Source: Bdellovibrionota bacterium
GTDB taxonomy: Bacteria; Bdellovibrionota_C; UBA2361; OMIW01
Direction of reading: 5' to 3'
Assembly (NCBI GenBank): GCA_044345055.1
Contig: JBIJBT010000026.1
Span: forward strand, 1-32,712
Length of the DNA stretch: 32,712 bases
In this document: piece after piece, positions 29,472 through 32,712 of the stretch
How positions within the stretch are numbered: position 1 is the first letter of the stretch
How the letters are laid out: each line of letters starts with the position of its first letter
Notes under the pieces: generated by a model
What the model saw: only the letters and a program-made list of their open reading frames with translations
What the model was told of the DNA's origin: nothing
Database searches by the model: none
Position numbers and translations under genes: made by a program

Positions 29472-30878
29472 ATGGAAGTGCAAACATCGATCCATGACAT
29501 CGATCTCATATCCAAAGAGATCCGAGCTAACGTGCCGTACAATCTTATCTCAGCACGAGTCGACAAGTCTCTTACTTCGCTTGCTGCAAAGACCCCTATC
29601 AAGGGTTTCAGAAAAGGGAAGGCCCCTCGCGATCTAGTGAGGAAAACCTTCGGCCAACGGGTGCTTCTCGAAACAACTACTGAGCTAGCCGGAGAAGCTT
29701 TAGATAAAGCGATAGCGGATAATGCACTCCGAGTTGTTGGGGAGCCTGATTGGAATTTCGACGCAGCAATGCTTCCTCCAGAATCGGTCCTTGAGGCTGA
29801 TTCGACAGAGAGCTTCTCATTCTCAGCGAAAGTATTTGTAGTGCCTGAGCCGACTATAACTGGGACCGAAAGTTTCGAAATTACTGCAGTCCGTCCGGAG
29901 GTTACCGAGGAGTACATCGATAAGACAATTGATGGACTACGAAAGAAGCATCCGGTTTTGAACCCGATTGAATCACGGACAACCGCAGAGGTCGGCGATA
30001 CCGTTGCTTTTACAGCAAGAGCCGTTGGGATGCCGAAAGAAAAGTCTGAACCTCAAGATATGCAGATCGAAATAGGCACCTCATCCGTACCTCCGCAGGT
30101 TGAAGAAGCTCTCCGAACAACACCGGTAGGTGGAAAGAAGCGTGTCTCTATTCTTCACCGAGAAGAGGGAAAGAAGGCTCGTCCGGTGGAATTTGAAATT
30201 GCTGTAACGGCAATATATTCAACGACACTGCCAGAAGTAGATGATGCCTTTGCGAAATTAGCTGAACCGACCGCACAAACCGTTGAAGATCTTCGTGCGA
30301 CAGTCGCAAAGCGTTTAAGTGAATCTTTTGATGTTGAGGCTCGGGACTCTGTTCGATCTCAGATTCTTAACCAGCTCGTAACTCTAAACCAATTTGAAGT
30401 TCCGCCGCCCCTGATCGATCAGGAGTTGAGCCTTTTGGCTCGTCAGTTTGGCGGAGAATCTGCCTCTACACTCTCGCTAGATATGCTTCGAGAGCCGCTC
30501 GGACAGATGGCAGCTGATAGAGTTCGGGCTCAAATTATTGTTGACCAGGTGGCCAAGCTTGAGGGTATCACTCCATCTGTTGAAGAAGTTTCCGCTCTTA
30601 TTACAGAGCAAGCAAGATCGAGTGGACAATCTGTAGCATCGGTTGAGAGGTGGGTAACGGCTTCGCGGGGTCGTTTAAGAATGCTAGAGCTTGAAGTCGT
30701 TCGGACGAAGGTCATTGAACTGCTTGAAAGCCGCGCAACGGTCCAATATCAGGCTCCAGCTAAGTCTGAAGATAGCTCATCTCCTGAAGCCATCGAAAGT
30801 AGTGATGACAAACAGAATAGCGAGTCGGGTTCTCCTGAGCAGACTCAGGAAGGGGTTGAGTCAGCCGCCGCTGAGTAG
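29472..30878 (+). CDS. tig: Trigger factor
   Basis: Ribosome-binding motif GFRKGKAP, LPEVDDAFAK; context tRNA-Leu-tig-clpP. Confidence 0.95.
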   Translation: MEVQTSIHDIDLISKEIRANVPYNLISARVDKSLTSLAAKTPIKGFRKGKAPRDLVRKTFGQRVLLETTTELAGEALDKAIADNALRVVGEPDWNFDAAMLPPESVLEADSTESFSFSAKVFVVPEPTITGTESFEITAVRPEVTEEYIDKTIDGLRKKHPVLNPIESRTTAEVGDTVAFTARAVGMPKEKSEPQDMQIEIGTSSVPPQVEEALRTTPVGGKKRVSILHREEGKKARPVEFEIAVTAIYSTTLPEVDDAFAKLAEPTAQTVEDLRATVAKRLSESFDVEARDSVRSQILNQLVTLNQFEVPPPLIDQELSLLARQFGGESASTLSLDMLREPLGQMAADRVRAQIIVDQVAKLEGITPSVEEVSALITEQARSSGQSVASVERWVTASRGRLRMLELEVVRTKVIELLESRATVQYQAPAKSEDSSSPEAIESSDDKQNSESGSPEQTQEGVESAAAE

Positions 30879-31140
30879 CTTTAAAGAAACTACTGTTCTC
30901 TGCTAAATGGAATCTGACCTTGGGTCGCAAAGATTGGTAATTGCCGGTCTAACTCGGGTCAGGTAATCTCTTTGTGGGTAATTGAGGTTACTTCTTAATG
31001 GGCTTCAGTTGCCAATTAAGAAGTAGGTAGCGTGCGTTATCAACCCTCCAAGAGGTGCAAACCTCCACTAAAGCTGCCGCTCAACTCCCCTTAGCCCCAT
31101 CAACGCAATCACTCGTTAACCACCATCAATCGGAGAACAT

Positions 31141-31743
31141 GTGACCCACTACATTCCCTATGTTATCGAGCAGACAGGTCGTGGCGAGCGATCTTACGAT
31201 ATTTATTCACGGCTACTAAAGGACCGAATTATTTTTCTCGGTACTGAAGTTAATGACGTAGTAGCGAACGTTATCACGGCGCAGCTACTCTTTCTCGAAT
31301 CTGAAGATCCCGAGCGTGATATTTTCCTCTATATTAATAGCCCAGGCGGAGTGGTTACTGCAGGTTTGGCTATATACGATACGATGCAATACATCCGGCC
31401 CGATGTCGCGACAGTATGCGTAGGACAGGCCGCGAGCATGGGAGCTGTTTTACTTGCTGGGGGCGCAAAAGGAAAGCGTTCGGCACTACCTCACGCGCGT
31501 ATAATGATCCATCAGCCTTTGGGAGGATTTAGAGGACAAGCCTCCGATGTTGAGATTCAGGCAAAAGAGATGCTTCGAGTTAAAGCAGAGCTCAACCAAA
31601 TTCTTGCTCGACATACCGGACAACAAGTTGAACAGATTGAGCGCGACACAGATCGCGATCGCTTTATGACTTCAATGGAGGCAAAAGAATACGGCCTCAT
31701 TGATGAAATATTCGAAAGGAGAGAGCAGCAGGCTGCTCAGTAG
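31141..31743 (+). CDS. clpP: ATP-dependent Clp protease proteolytic subunit
   Basis: [47 protein letters not shown] start after GGAG. Confidence 0.98.
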   Translation: MTHYIPYVIEQTGRGERSYDIYSRLLKDRIIFLGTEVNDVVANVITAQLLFLESEDPERDIFLYINSPGGVVTAGLAIYDTMQYIRPDVATVCVGQAASMGAVLLAGGAKGKRSALPHARIMIHQPLGGFRGQASDVEIQAKEMLRVKAELNQILARHTGQQVEQIERDTDRDRFMTSMEAKEYGLIDEIFERREQQAAQ

Positions 31744-31818
31744 TTTCGGCCGCCATCGTGTCGCCGCCATAGTCTTTTGGCGGGCTCTGCGGAGCGAGAC
31801 ATGAATGGCGGAATAATC

Positions 31819-31846
31819 AATTATATCAATATATATTGATATAATT
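31819..31846. repeat. Perfect 28-bp AT-rich palindrome
   Basis: AATTATATCAATATATATTGATATAATT is its own reverse complement. Confidence 0.9.
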
Positions 31847-31899
31847 ACAACAAGCTAAATGGAGTCGAAACAGAATCTACACCGTTTAGCTTGTTGTAA
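31845..31899. repeat. 18-bp inverted repeat (one G-T pair) between convergent genes
   Basis: TTACAACAAGCTAAATGG (31845-31862)/CCGTTTAGCTTGTTGTAA (31882-31899). Confidence 0.85.
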
Positions 31900-31926
31900 A
31901 CCGCGCCTAAAGAGTCGTTGAGTTCC

Positions 31927-32433
31927 CTACCCTTTCCTTCCAACCTGTTCTAATCCATTTAATGCTACATCAGCATCGTGCCCCTCAGCGATAATGAGGC
32001 CTTTTGGATCGATAACATAAAGATGTGGAAGCTCTTGGGCTTTCAAGGTCTGGTATGCTTCATCGAGAAGTGCGTTTCCTGAAAAGGCGTGCTCCAGATG
32101 ATTAAGATGCTCCTCTTGAATTCGCCTTTGGAGACGTGGAAATGAGGTAGCAGGGTCGATGCTAACCGCAAGAAAGATTGTTTGATCGGATCGCTTTTGA
32201 GATGCTAACTCATTGAGCTCTTCAATTACAGGCTTAGAGAACATACACCACTCTGCCCAAAAGACCACTACTACGGTCTTGCCCTTAAATTCATTTGTAG
32301 ATCGATAAGTACCATCCATGGCAGTAAATCGAACCAAAGGCGCCTCCTGACCGATAAGGCCTGAGAGATGTGGGCTCGAAAAACACCCCGAGAGCGCCAT
32401 CAGGAGGGTAACCAACAGTAGTCGATTTTTCAA
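31927..32433 (-). CDS. TlpA/redoxin-family lipoprotein with CxxS site
   Basis: Lipobox LSGC; KGKTVVVVFWAEWCMFS, FLAVSID, LPHLYVIDPKG. Confidence 0.85.
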   Translation of the reverse strand: MKNRLLLVTLLMALSGCFSSPHLSGLIGQEAPLVRFTAMDGTYRSTNEFKGKTVVVVFWAEWCMFSKPVIEELNELASQKRSDQTIFLAVSIDPATSFPRLQRRIQEEHLNHLEHAFSGNALLDEAYQTLKAQELPHLYVIDPKGLIIAEGHDADVALNGLEQVGRKG

Positions 32434-32460
32434 AGGAAAACTCCGTGAGCGATTGCTCGG

Positions 32461-32712
32461 TTATTCGGTAGAATTGACCAAAGATGGAAACAAGTTCGCA
32501 TACACCTCTCGAACTTGGCCGTCTTTTTCATCATCATAAGAGTTGCGGAGAAGATTAATCGCACCAATATCTTTGTACTGAGCGAGACGATTCAACGCCT
32601 TTATCCGAAGCTTCGGCTCTTCAGCCTTAAGAAGTGAAAATAGCATCGCTGAAGAGAGCTTATGTGGGGCGATATCGATGATAACTTCTCTACATGAAGA
32701 ACAATCTGATTT
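32461..32712 (-). CDS. C-terminal end of a HEAT-repeat-like protein (truncated by window edge)
   Basis: Frame is open to 32712; EEPKLRIKALNRL and DEKDGQVRE are HEAT-like. Confidence 0.55.
   Translation of the reverse strand, partial: KSDCSSCREVIIDIAPHKLSSAMLFSLLKAEEPKLRIKALNRLAQYKDIGAINLLRNSYDDEKDGQVREVYANLFPSLVNSTE

Noticed and set aside
29020..29917. ORFs 29020-29427, 29294-29497, 29300-29917 and other short antisense or nested ORFs across the window
   Set aside because: They overlap the tRNA or well-supported genes and have no motifs; shadow ORFs.
30901..30965. c-di-GMP-I riboswitch (GGGTCGCAAAG..CCGGTCTAA resemblance)
   Set aside because: Lacks the GNRA-capped P2 and correct P1/P3 spacing; kept only as an unassigned structure.
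1..32712. CRISPR arrays, transposases, integrases, rRNA
   Set aside because: No spaced direct repeats or relevant catalytic motifs were seen.

Overview
Chromosomal window from a bacterium with delta-proteobacterial-type gene content (Geobacter/Myxococcus-like type IVa pilin with a sigma54 promoter and a pilGHI/xap-like ABC operon). A Bdellovibrionota/Myxococcota-like lineage is an inference only. Most of it is housekeeping: lon, ssb, acetoacetate-CoA ligase, rpmG, tyrS, an aminotransferase, mutA-mutB-meaB, clpX, tRNA-Leu(TAG), tig and clpP. The main unexplained items are: (i) the first ~335 nt, an almost continuous series of + strand hairpins with recurring GACU loops, ending in a terminator, probably the 3' part of a large ncRNA cut by the window edge; (ii) the following 891-aa orphan, whose C-half carries ordered SelO/YdiU pseudokinase-like motifs and whose N-half looks GNAT-like; (iii) a pilin with aromatic residues at all six Geobacter e-pilin positions, with a rich regulatory region; (iv) an archaeal-style RecJ/DHH nuclease beside ssb; (v) a small decayed region (frameshifted ABC ATPase-membrane fusion, AguB fragment) next to a clpX gene displaced from tig-clpP; (vi) several long palindromes and structured intergenic regions. 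No CRISPR array, integrase or transposase was seen. All calls come from reading the sequence by eye; no database search or folding program was run.
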